Source of the DNA: Elsinoe ampelina
Lineage: Eukaryota
Assembly (NCBI GenBank): GCA_010093995.1
Contig: ML992509.1
Location: forward strand, 852,178 to 888,878
Reading direction: 5' to 3'
Length of the DNA: 36,701 nucleotides
The translations under genes and the position numbers were made by a program. Below are positions 25,172 to 36,591 of this stretch, piece by piece. Within the stretch, counting starts at the first letter, position 1. Each line of letters starts with the position of its first letter. The notes below the pieces were generated by a model. It was not told the origin of the DNA and made no database searches. It worked only from the letters and a program-made list of their open reading frames with translations.

Positions 25172-25261
25172 GTCTAGCCAATGGAAACCTGTTTCCTGAG
25201 TCGGACCAGCTGACATGGAAACCTGTTTCCTGAGTCGGACCAGCTGATCCGTTGGCTAGAC
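25172..25261. repeat. 33-bp tandem duplication flanked by a 14-bp inverted repeat
   Basis: ATGGAAACCTGTTTCCTGAGTCGGACCAGCTGA at 25181-25213 and 25215-25247; arms GTCTAGCCAATGGA (25172-25185) and TCCGTTGGCTAGAC (25248-25261), one mismatch. Confidence 0.9.
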
Positions 25262-25608
25262 TGTAACACGCGCCAGTGGAGGAGCAGCAGCTTCAGATGT
25301 CGCAATCAAGGGCTACTATAAGATATGATCCAACAGTATGATCCCACGCCTCATGACTCCACCTCGCTGCCTCACCGTATGATCTAAACTCGGCGTTCAG
25401 TAGTCATAGGGCGCGGACCTTCGCTTCTACCCCCTGAAGCGACTAGCCACAGAGGACGAAGCATGATGGAGTGGGCGGAATGAGCCGATACGCATCCGTG
25501 CTACCGTGACCGTCATTCATCGGCTGACCTCTGTGCTACCGACGACGGTACTTGGCTTCCACAGTCCTCGTTCACATTCGTCCAGAGACTCCCAGATCGG
25601 ATGACAGC

Positions 25609-27309
25609 ATGTTAACGACAGTCGTTGTGGGCGTAGCAGCCTTCATGTTTGCAAGACTGCTCCTGTCGTGGCCGATATCCATAGCAGTACTAGCGAGCAT
25701 TCTTGCATGGCGCATCGGCACAAGAACCCAACAGTACCTCCGCCTGGGTCACATCCCAGGCCCCCCCACGACCGGCTGGCTTGAGATCTGGCATTCATGG
25801 GTGATCTTGCGGAACCAGTCGCACATCAAGTATGCAGAGGCGTGCGAGCGATATGGTCATCTCGCTCGTATTGGTCCGAACGACCTGATCACGGACTGTC
25901 CAGAGCTTCTGATACATATGAATTCTCCTCGGTCCGGGTACACCAAGACTGAATGGTTTTACAAGTCGACTCGACTTGAGCCAGGGAAGGATACTTGCTT
26001 CAGTCAGACTGATCCTGTGCTGCACCAGAAGCGGAGGGCGCAGTTGGCAGCAGGAGTGAGTGAAGGCGACTGCATGTGTACCAGACAGATGATTGACATA
26101 TACCAGTACTCAGGGAAGGACAATCCATTGCTAGAGTCAAAGATTGACGAGCACGTGACTGACCTGGTAGCCCTCTTGCGGAGGTTTGCCGCGAGTGGCG
26201 GCAAAGTGGACATGGGTCGAGTCTGCCAGTATTATTCCCTGGACGTCATCACAGACATTGGCTTCGGCGCCTCCTTTGACGACCTCAAAGATGGCACCGA
26301 TAACTTTGGATACCTCAAGACACTCGAACAGACTCTTGCACAGGTGGCATCCAGTTCAGCAACAGGTCTGTCAAGGTTGCTGCAGTATGACTGGTTCGCA
26401 AGTCGCGTATTACCCACAGGCGATGAATCGGAAGGTATGGGAAGGATTGTCCAGTAAGCTCAGATGGCCTGATCGCTGCGGAATCGTGCTGATAGTGCCA
26501 GAATCGCCCGGAGAACTATTCAGGAAAGATTCCGGACTGTCAAGGAGGATTCTGGGGATATGGTGTCCTCGTTCAAGAGGAAGGGACTGACTGAGGAAGA
26601 GATAGTGACAGAGTCCCTCTTGACTTTCGTGGCTGGCAGTGACACAGTGTCGTCCTCGCTGCGAGCCATTCTGCTGTTCCTTGCCCAGCATGACCAGGTG
26701 TACGAGAGATTGCGAGCAGAGATCGCCAGCTTTGTGGTCGGGGCAAGTGTCATCTCAGACGCGGATGCTCAACGACTGCTCTGGCTCAACGCTGTGATCA
26801 AGGAGTCGCTCCGACTACATCCGCCCATCACTGACATAGTCCCTAAAACAGCACCAGCGCAGGGCGATACGGTCGAGATTGATGGAACAAGCTACTTTAT
26901 CCCGGGCGGAACCAATGTAGGCTACTCAGCTTGGTCCCTCCATCGGCGGAAGGACATCTTCGGCGAAGACTCCGGAAACTTCAAACCAGAGCGATGGCTG
27001 GCGGAAGGTAATGATGAAGCTCAGTTGGTCAGGAGAAACAAGGTCTTCGATCTCATGTTCGGATCTGGACGCCATCAATGCCTGGGAAAGCAGATCGGCT
27101 TGATGGAGCTGCGGAAAGCTGTAGTTGAGGCAAGCTCTATCCGAGTACAGGAGCTTATTGATCCGTCACTGACCATTCCACAGATCACCCGATGCTTTCG
27201 GTTGTCTGTGTGTAATACAAGAAGGCCGTGGAACGAGACCAATTATTTGGGGCTCTGGGTGGCGTCCGATTTCTGGATGAAGGTGTCGCTCCTGGACGGA
27301 GTGGCATAA
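25609..27309 (+). CDS. Cytochrome P450 monooxygenase, candidate cytokinin trans-hydroxylase
   Basis: N-terminal TM, HIPGP, ARIGPNDL, AGSDT, ESLR, PERW and heme motif FGSGRHQCLG; introns 26056-26106, 26454-26501 and 27130-27183 (GC-AG). The P450 call is firm; the substrate is inferred from context. Confidence 0.92.
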
Positions 27310-27939
27310 CGCAGCGTGTGGGACTGTAGCTATCTTGCAGGAATGACCATTCGTGATATTCGTATTGCCACGCCAGATCCATCGTACCAAGTGCTCTTTC
27401 ATCCGTTGATAATAGGTGGCACGGAATTCTAGGTCCTTCTAAAATCGCAATCTCGGTGCGCTCTGTTGTAATGGAAGACTGGTACAGCTTCTCTGGTACT
27501 GAAGAACTGGTACTGATGAGTCAGCGCACGCACAGTAGATAATCGGTAATTGTAACTCTCTGAATGAATTACACGTCTCTCGATCCGATTTGCCAATTAC
27601 AACACGCTCCATCACCATGCCCACACGGAAGTGCATGTATCGAATTGGCCAAGAGGCTCCTCAACGGTCCTAACGACCACACCGGAGAAGCAAAACCGAG
27701 CCGACTTTGGCTCATACTTGGCGATGCAAGACGATATACACCAACGGTTGCACCTTAACGGCGTACCAGAAGCAGAGACAATGTACATGTTAAGGTCATC
27801 CATACCGCGTGCATGGCACGTGTCCCATAACCAACCCCGGCGCACGTCATGCCAAATGTCCGTGCTATGCTCCCCTGTCTATAGTACAACACCCAAGAGT
27901 CGAGTAATGCCCTGCCCTTGCCACGCCATGCTGCACCAA

Positions 27940-28993
27940 TCATGTCAACGTTCGCATAACGCCCTCGAATGCCACCAATGCCATAGCGTTCGCTGGGAAC
28001 GCCCGCAAGAAACATGGTACAAAACCTCGCCAGTATCCTCTGAAGCCACCTTCGCGCCCCACTGCCACGGCTGCATCTCGCCAGTTGTAGTACCTCCTTC
28101 TACCGTCGAGCTGGTCCGTCATGATGCGCTGCTTGATCACGTCGGAGGGGTAGCTGGTCATCCAGAATACCTGGGCGCTTAGGCCGCCGGCCCAGAAATT
28201 GATGGCGGGGTTTGATAATGAGGTGTTCTCCTTGAAGAAACGATTGAGGAGGTCGTAGGATCCCCACCAGAAACAGAAGAATGTGCGGAAGATGAGGGTA
28301 GCGCTCAAGCCATGGTAGAGTCCAGCTATGCCGTGCTGTTGGAAGATCTTTCTCGTGCAGTCGATTGGTCCAGCGTAGAGGCGCTGTGCCTTGTTGGCCG
28401 CATACTGGACCTGTAACCGTGCTTTGACATGCTCGATTGGGGCAGCGATGAACGACACTGTCCATCCCGCCATAATTCCTGCAGCTGCATGTCCAATCGT
28501 CGGTAATCGCTCATCCCGTACTTGGAGGAAGGACGTGTTCGAGGTCGTGACGGTCCTCGTCCGTAGTGGTTGGAAGAAGTTCTCGTTCAACAGCCGTCGG
28601 TATAGTGTGAGCGACCCCAGCATCAAGCTGTCCATGAACATCCATCCCACCAATGGAGGCGTTGCACCCTTGTAGAGACCCGACGCTCCTTCTTTCCGTA
28701 ACGTCTGCAGCAGACATTCTAGTGGTCCTCTAAACTGTGCTCTCTCTGACGTCTGTAACCGGACCTTTATCGTATCGAACGGGTGGCCAACTAGGGAGGA
28801 TCAGTACCCCGCTCTGTGTGACAGTGGTATAGCAGGATCGCTTACCGCTCAACTTCGCGATACCACTGAAGACGCCGGCGACGAAGCCCTTGTAGTTGTT
28901 GTCCGGCACGGTGACGGCCTTGTGCGGTTGCGGTAATTGTATCTTTGGTGCTGCTTGAGCATTTGGGATGTCCTCCCTCACCGACGCCGACAT
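27940..28993 (-). CDS. Mitochondrial carrier protein (YMC1/carnitine-acylcarnitine/amino-acid carrier-like)
   Basis: Three carrier signature motifs: HPFDTIKVRLQ, APIEHVKARLQ and YPSDVIKQRIM; ends RAFPANA; one intron near 28791-28845. Confidence 0.93.
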
Positions 28994-29934
28994 CGGATTA
29001 ATGACTTTGTATGCGACGTCTTGTCAGCAGTCATGCCGCCTCAAGATGAACACTGGTAGGCAAGGTTGAGAGAGTGTAGGGTACAAGATTATATTAAATA
29101 TGCAAAACGCGAAACACTCACTTCGGAGAGCGAGCTTACAAAAAGTCAAGGTGATCGACAACGACCTCCAGATCGCGACTAGGAACGCTTGGTGACGACA
29201 CCAATTGTAGATTCGGCGCCGACCAATCGCGGAGGAGCAATTCTTCTCCGACCGCAGATATCTCCGTTAAGTCCACTGGCTTTGTGTCAGCTTGTGTGTA
29301 GGGAGAAAGAGATTTATTACTGCCTAATCCACCAAACTAAGGTAGATTGTAACTACATAAATACTTAACCTAATAAACTAAGAGATAACTAAATTAATAG
29401 AACTCCTAAATAACAACAGATTAAGACAATAACTATCTAATTTANNNNNNNNNNNNNNNNNNNNNNNNNNNNNNNNNNNNNNNNNNNNNNNNNNNNNNNN
29501 NNNNNNNNNNNNNNNNNNNNNNNNNNNNNNNNNNNNNNNNNNNNNNNNNNNNNNNNNNNNNNNNNNNNNNNNNNNNNNNNNNNNNNNNNNNNNNNNNNNN
29601 NNNNNNNNNNNNNNNNNNNNNNNNNNNNNNNNNNNNNNNNNNNNNNNNNNNNNNNNNNNNNNNNNNNNNNNNNNNNNNNNNNNNNNNNNNNNNNNNNNNN
29701 NNNNNNNNNNNNNNNNNNNNNNNNNNNNNNNNNNNNNNNNNNNNNNNNNNNNNNNNNNNNNNNNNNNNNNNNNNNNNNNNNNNNNNNNNNNNNNNNNNNN
29801 NNNNNNNNNNNNNNNNNNNNNNNNNNNNNNNNNNNNNNNNNNNNNNNNNNNNNNNNNNNNNNNNNNNNNNNNNNNNNNNNNNNNNNNNNAGGCTATTAGC
29901 CTCCTCTACTATATAGCTTACTTAGTAGTCTCTA

Positions 29935-30121
29935 TATAAGGGCCTAGTATTAGAGTAGCACTTAGTAGTAGCTAGTCCTACTTACATAATATACCTACTT
30001 ATCTTACGTAGCGCTTATACCTTAAACTTAATAGTAATTAGTTCTACTACTAACGGACTATTTAGTTAAATAGGCATTCTCTATATTACAATATATATAG
30101 CTTTAATATAAGGCTTTAATA
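29935..30121 (+). repeat. 5' LTR
   Basis: Aligns without gaps to 36405-36591 with 18 mismatches, all transitions; TA...TA ends are consistent with RIP-mutated TG...CA. Confidence 0.92.
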
Positions 30122-30199
30122 GTTCTAATTGCTCCCCTATAGTTATAATCTATTAGACTCTATAGATAACTAGAACTCTATCGGCAAGGCGCTAGTGCC

Positions 30200-31714
30200 T
30201 TATATAATTAATATTATAGAGATAGACTCTATTAAGTAAACTCCCCTAGAGGAATAAGAGACTCTTATAGAGTAGCTACTATACCTACGCTCTAAGCGTA
30301 AGTACTTAGAGCTAGAGCTCGAGACTTAGAGCCTCGAGGAAGAAATTAAGTAAATATATTATATATATAATATAGAATACTACTAAGGGAGCTTCGATTA
30401 TAGCTCGTATACTTCTACTAAGCCCGTAGTAAGCAAAGCTAGTATATAGAGTATATATAGCGCTAGTAGACTATTTATAAGGCTATTCTCTAGATAACCT
30501 TAACTAAGGGAACTCTATCTCTATTAGAGTAAGACTCTAAAAGAGGTAAGATCCTTCCTAAAGAATCTTAAGGTTATCTTTACTCTAGCCTCTAAAGCTT
30601 ATTCTACTAACTAGTAGAAGGTACTCTATAGAGTTATATTTCTTATAAGCGAGCTAGATAAGACATAGTATTACCGTAACTACGTAGATAGCCTAGAAGG
30701 CTATATATAGGAGTAATTCCGCTACTTCGTATAGGACGTAGTTAATAATTCTATTAACTATAAGGTATATATAACTCTTATATATAAAGGCGCTTAATAA
30801 CGTAAGAGCTAATCTATCTAGGCTTTTACTTCGGAACTTACTACTCTAGAGAAGTAACTAGCTCCCTACTTAGAAGAGTAGAGGGTATACTACCTCCTTA
30901 CTAAGCTATAGTCTACGCTACGTACTACTATTATTAAGTACTATACTATCCTAGCTACTTACTAAGAATTAGTATCTCTTAGTTCTTATATTAAATTAAT
31001 AGACTATATAAGCTATAAGCGCTCTACCTATAGAGAGGACTTAGACCTACTATATAAGTATAAAGCCTAAGGTAGCTCTTAAGGAGGATACTACTACTAG
31101 CCTAGTAGTAGCCCTTAAGCTTGTCGTAAGTATAAAGCTGCTAACTTATTTACTAAGTAGTCTAGTAGATAAGGGGGCTTCTCCGATATATAGAAGAAGG
31201 ACGCTAAGTATTATAGCTATAGTAGAACTAGTTATATTAAGCTAGAGTATAGGTTAAAGCACTTATAGAAGAACAATAAGCTATAGGCGGTACGTAAGGT
31301 TACTACTGCTAATAAGGTTAATAACTCTAAGTTAGTAAACTCTAAAGGCTTAGCTAAAGAGTATAACTAAGCCCTTCTTCTCTCCTAATTAACGCTTATC
31401 TATTACTGCTCTATTATAGCGCTATTATAGCGCCTATAGGGCGTAAAGACTATATATTTCTTATAGATAATTATATAGAAGTTAATCTTATATCTTAGGT
31501 ATTTACCCTTCGTTACGATCTACTAAGAGTTAAGTATACTTAGTATCTAAGTATCTCTTCCTTTATAGAGTAAGCTAGATTCTACTATAGCGCGTACTAG
31601 CTTCGTATATACCTAGTAGACTTCTATAGTAACCTTAGGGAGATAATCGGCCTCTTCTACGCTATAGACTTAGAACTAGGCCCTCTAGTTATTTTAGGGC
31701 GCCTATAGTAGAGA
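30200..31714 (+). pseudogene. RIP-degraded gag and aspartic protease
   Basis: 31209-31250 YYSYSRTSYIKLEY back-mutates to a Cx2Cx4Hx4C zinc knuckle; ~31460-31495 LIDNYIEVNLI resembles the protease active-site motif. Boundaries approximate. Confidence 0.7.
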
Positions 31715-32374
31715 NNNNNNNNNNNNNNNNNNNNNNNNNNNNNNNNNNNNNNNNNNNNNNNNNNNNNNNNNNNNNNNNNNNNNNNNNNNNNNNNNNNNNN
31801 NNNNNNNNNNNNNNNNNNNNNNNNNNNNNNNNNNNNNNNNNNNNNNNNNNNNNNNNNNNNNNNNNNNNNNNNNNNNNNNNNNNNNNNNNNNNNNNNNNNN
31901 NNNNNNNNNNNNNNNNNNNNNNNNNNNNNNNNNNNNNNNNNNNNNNNNNNNNNNNNNNNNNNNNNNNNNNNNNNNNNNNNNNNNNNNNNNNNNNNNNNNN
32001 NNNNNNNNNNNNNNNNNNNNNNNNNNNNNNNNNNNNNNNNNNNNNNNNNNNNNNNNNNNNNNNNNNNNNNNNNNNNNNNNNNNNNNNNNNNNNNNNNNNN
32101 NNNNNNNNNNNNNNNNNNNNNNNNNNNNNNNNNNNNNNNNNNNNNNNNNNNNNNNNNNNNNNNNNNNNNNNNNNNNNNNNNNNNNNNNNNNNNNNNNNNN
32201 NNNNNNNNNNNNNNNNNNNNNNNNNNNNNNNNNNNNNNNNNNNNNNNNNNNNNNNNNNNNNNNNNNNNNNNNNNNNNNNNNNNNNNNNNNNNNNNNNNNN
32301 NNNNNNNNNNNNNNNNNNNNNNNNNNNNNNNNNNNNNNNNNNNNNNNNNNNNNNNNNNNNNNNNNNNNNNNNNN

Positions 32375-34945
32375 ATATTAATAAAGCGCTAGGTAGACTA
32401 GTTAACACTATCTATATTGTCTACCTTAATAATATTCTTATCTATAGTAACTTAAGAGAGAACTATATATATTATATATATAAGATTCTAGCGAGGCTAT
32501 AGAAGTTTACTTTATATACTAGCCTTAAGAAATATAAATTCTTTACTAAGGAGGTAGAATTCCTTAGCTATATTATCTCTACTATAGGTGTCTCGATAGA
32601 TCTAAGTAGAGTAACTATAATTAAGAATTAGCTAAGGCTAAAGAGTTATTATAAAGTCTAGTAGTTTACTAGCTTTATAAATTTCTACTACTACTTTATA
32701 TAGTATTACTCTAAGATTATTACTTCTCTCTCTAGCCTCCTTAAAGGCTTAGTTAAAGGTCGTAAGTATAGCTCTTTTATATAGAGTATAAGTAAATAGT
32801 AGACGTTTAAGGACATTAGAGACATATTTACGCGTACCTCTATTCTTCGCTACTATAATTCTATACTACCTCTATATATTAAAAGTAATATATTAAAGTT
32901 TATAGTAGTAGCAATTCTATCCTAACTATTTAATAGTACTTAGTACCTAATAGCCTTTTAGTTAAGGAAGTTTATCCTAGTAGAGTATAACTATAAGATA
33001 TATAACTAAGAGTTATTAGTAATTATATACGTATTTAAGTAATAGTAACACTACCTCGAAGGTGCTATATATATAATTTATATACTTACTAACTATAATA
33101 ACCTCCGAGAATTTATAAAGCTAAAGTAGCTAAATAGCTAATAAGCCTACTAGGCTACCTTCCTTACTGCTTTTAACTTTATAATAGAGTATTAGCTAGG
33201 CATAAGGAACCTAGCTAACGCGCCCTTAAGACGCCTTAACTATATAACTAAGAAGTAGAAGGTATCTTACCTTCTTCTAACTCTTTAGAATAAGCTCCGT
33301 ATCTAGGACTAGACTACTAACTCTAAAGAAACTACTCCGCTAGTTAGATATATTTATGCTATATATAAGGCTACTCTAGGATATACCTAGGCTACCTATA
33401 TACCGTATAAAGGTAAAACTTCTTCTAAGAACTCCTAGGGTCTTATAACGACCTAGTAAGTCGCTATTATAGCAATAGTAAGAGAGGATCTCTTTAAGGA
33501 TCTATCTACCGATCTATTATTAGTAGTAGAGCTACTATAAAGATAAGACTCTAAGATTATAAAGCTACGTTCGTAAGCGTCGAGTAGTAGAGACAAGAGT
33601 AAGACACTATAGAATCTATAAGATAACCTCCTATTCTACTATAATACGCTAGTTATCCCGAATAATAGTGCTATTAAGGCGTAGGTACTATATATATACT
33701 ATAATAGTAAATAGGCTAGTTATTTTAGTAAGGATAAGATACTTAAGCTTCTCTTATAGAAATACTTCTAGTAAACTATAAGAAAGAATATTAATAACTA
33801 CGTATAGTTATACTAAGTTTGCTAGAAGTATAAAGCGTACTACTATTACCTCTATAGCGAGTTACGTATACTACTAATACTAGATCGCCTATAGTAAGAA
33901 ATTATAATAGATTTTATTACTAACCTACTACTAAGTAAGTAAGGTAATAGCGTCTATAATACAGTGCTAGTAATTATAGACTAATACACTAAGATGTTAC
34001 TATATATTTCTACTACTAAGAAGTGTATATCTATAGAGCTTATAGAGATTCTATATAACTACGTAATTTGCTACTATAGTATTCCTAGGGGAATAGTAAG
34101 CAATTAAGGATTAGTCTTTACTAGCTAGTTCTAGAGTAAATTCTATTACGAAACGCATATAAAACGTAGGCTTAGTATAGCCTTCTACCTATAGATAGAT
34201 AGTTAAACTAAATAGTAAAACTAGACGTTAGAGTAGTATCTAAGGTACTACTATATAGAACTATAGAACGACTAGGCTAAGTGTCTATTATAAGCGGAGT
34301 TCGTAAGCAATAATAGCATCTATACTATACTACGTATAAGCCTCTTCTAAATAATATATAGCTACTACTCTAAGTTAGAGGTAATAGCTATTAAGCCTTA
34401 GAATAAGACTTTAGAGGGAAGAGTACTAGTAGCATTAGAGTTAGTATAACACTTACAAGACATATATATAAAGCTAGTAGAGTAATAGAAAGAGACTTCC
34501 GCCTACTAGGCTAAGTATTATAATAGGAAGTATATGCTAAAGGTATATAGTGTAGGTAACTTAGTACTACTCTCGGCTAAGAACTTATAGCTACCTATAC
34601 TAAAGAAGAAGATAGAACTATAATTCCTTAGTCTATTTTATATACTTAATGTAATTAGATTATAGGCGTATTACCTAGCCTTACTAAGTTAGTATCGTAT
34701 CTATAATGTCTTTTATATATCTCTTCTTAAACTATAGATAGGTAGAACTAGTAAGGAGCTAGAAGAAAGTATACCTCTCGTAGATAAAGTAGACAAGTAG
34801 ATAGTAGAGAAAATCCTAAGTAGAAGAACTATAAAGGGTAAGGTTTTCTACTTAGTAAAGTAGAAGGACTAGCCTACTAAGTTTAATAGCTAGGAACTAG
34901 AAGAGAATTGCGTAAATATAAGAGAGCTAATTACTATATATAAGT
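32375..34945 (+). pseudogene. RIP-degraded pol (RT, RNase H, integrase, chromodomain)
   Basis: VYLNNILIYS (YLDD, 32422-32433), KEVEFL, TNYNNL (TDHNNL), NLANAPLRR, EIIIDFI, SIAFYL*IDS*TK (STAFHPQTDGQTE) and *IVEKIL...YLVK*K...S*EL (chromodomain); many TAG/TAA stops. Confidence 0.92.
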
Positions 34946-36404
34946 TATAACTATAGGCGCCTAAGATAGGTTATAGAAGGTATAAGTTATAGAGTATATA
35001 AGTAGATAGATTATATAAGTTTATAAAATTAGTTAAAGAGTAGACTCCTTACCTAGAGTAATATATTTAAGTAAGCGCTATACTTACGCTACTATTAAGA
35101 GTATTAACCTAAACTCCGTGCTCTATTATACTCTATATAAGGCCTTATTATAGGTATAGCACTAGGGACATACACCTAGCTTATATATATCTACTCTAGC
35201 TCCTTCTTACTCTTCTCTCTCTTCTCCCTTTCTAAATCCTCTACTATAGGTACTATAGAGGCTATAAGCTACCTACCGGCTATAACGTAGTTAACCTTAG
35301 TAGTAGAACTACCCGAGTTATATACTATCTAAACATGTTAGCTATATTTGCTACGTATAAGGAGTATAGTTAACTTACTTCCTTACTAACTATAATTAAG
35401 CTATAAAGGCTATACCTAATCTTCTATAGCTCCTTAACCTTCTTATACTTAAGCGCGACACTACCGAGTATATTATCTATAGCTCCTATATAAGGAGTCG
35501 AGGCCTTACTAATAACCTTATTCTTATTAGTGTAGTATACCTTAAGTATAGTCTTAAACTTCTTAACCTTAGGGGCATTCTTACGGGCTATAGTATATAT
35601 ATACTTCTTAGCTATAGTAATACTAGTCTAGTTAGGGGCCTTAAGCTTAGTAACTACATTAAAGGCGTTAAGGTATATATTATATAGGATAGATAGAAGT
35701 AGTTTATATATGTGCTTACTATAGGCGTAGTATTCGTACTTACGATAGAAGAAGATACTAAAGTTACCTCTAGTATAGATATAACCTACTACGAATTAGT
35801 TATGTCCCTTATAAGAGCTCTATTAGCTTACCCTTAGTAACGCTATTAGCGTACTTAGTATAGGTATTAGCCTCCTCTTTAGGAAGTAAGGGGGTTATAG
35901 AGTCGGCGCTAGTAGTAATAGCTCCCTAGGCGCTAGTAGACCTTACGCTATAAGTGTTAGCTATAGGGGGGCTAGAGTTAGATAATATAATAGTTATAGG
36001 TAGTACGCTTATATAGTAAAGAGTTAATAAAATATAGATGTGTTTTAATATAGAAGAAGAAGAATATAAGGAGGAACGATAAGATTATATAGACTAACCT
36101 CTAGTATACTAGATCTTTATTATAGCTACTAGCGTAAAGCGTATGTCTCCTATAATACTACTAGGAATCTCTAGAAAAGGAATATTATCGCTACCGATTA
36201 GCTTTAGTACTATAGCGACTAGACAAACGCCTCTATAGGAACTAGATCCCTAGGATTACTACTACTAAATAGTATATAAGATATATATAAGGCTTTTATA
36301 TAAATGCCTTAACTACCTTAAGTCTATATTACTTCTAGAAGGCGCTATACGTTATATACTTCTAGTTAAGAGCTAAGAATAGCTCTTCTAGAGGAGGAGG
36401 CAAT

Positions 36405-36591
36405 TATAAGGGCCTAGTATTAGAGTAGTACTTAGTAGCGGCTAGTCCCGCTTACGTAACGTACCTACTTATCTTACGTAGCGCTTACGCCTTAAACTTA
36501 ATAGTAATTAGTTCTACTACTAACGGACTATTCGGTTAGATAGGCGTTCTCTATATTGCGATATACGTAGCTTTAATATAAGGCTTTAATA
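36405..36591 (+). repeat. 3' LTR
   Basis: Copy of 29935-30121, preceded by a PPT and followed by the TSD. Confidence 0.92.

Larger units (their letters stand above)
29935..36591 (+). mobile_element. Full-length Ty3/gypsy chromovirus LTR retrotransposon, inactivated by RIP (spans an N gap)
   Basis: Two 187-bp LTRs; TSD CTCTA at 29930-29934 and 36592-36596; polypurine tract GAGGAGGAGG before the 3' LTR; relic gag-PR-RT-RH-IN-chromodomain order. Confidence 0.93.

Noticed and set aside
24702..25181. 159-aa ORF between LOG and the P450 as a fourth cluster gene
   Set aside because: Non-ATG start, no motifs, and no splice support.
25181..25247. CRISPR-like repeat
   Set aside because: Only two adjacent copies with a 1-bp spacer, in a eukaryotic genome.
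27940..28993. Mitochondrial carrier as a cluster transporter
   Set aside because: It looks like a conserved YMC1-type housekeeping carrier; adjacency alone is insufficient.
31689..32408. 239-aa ORF in the track
   Set aside because: Artefact of translating through an N gap.
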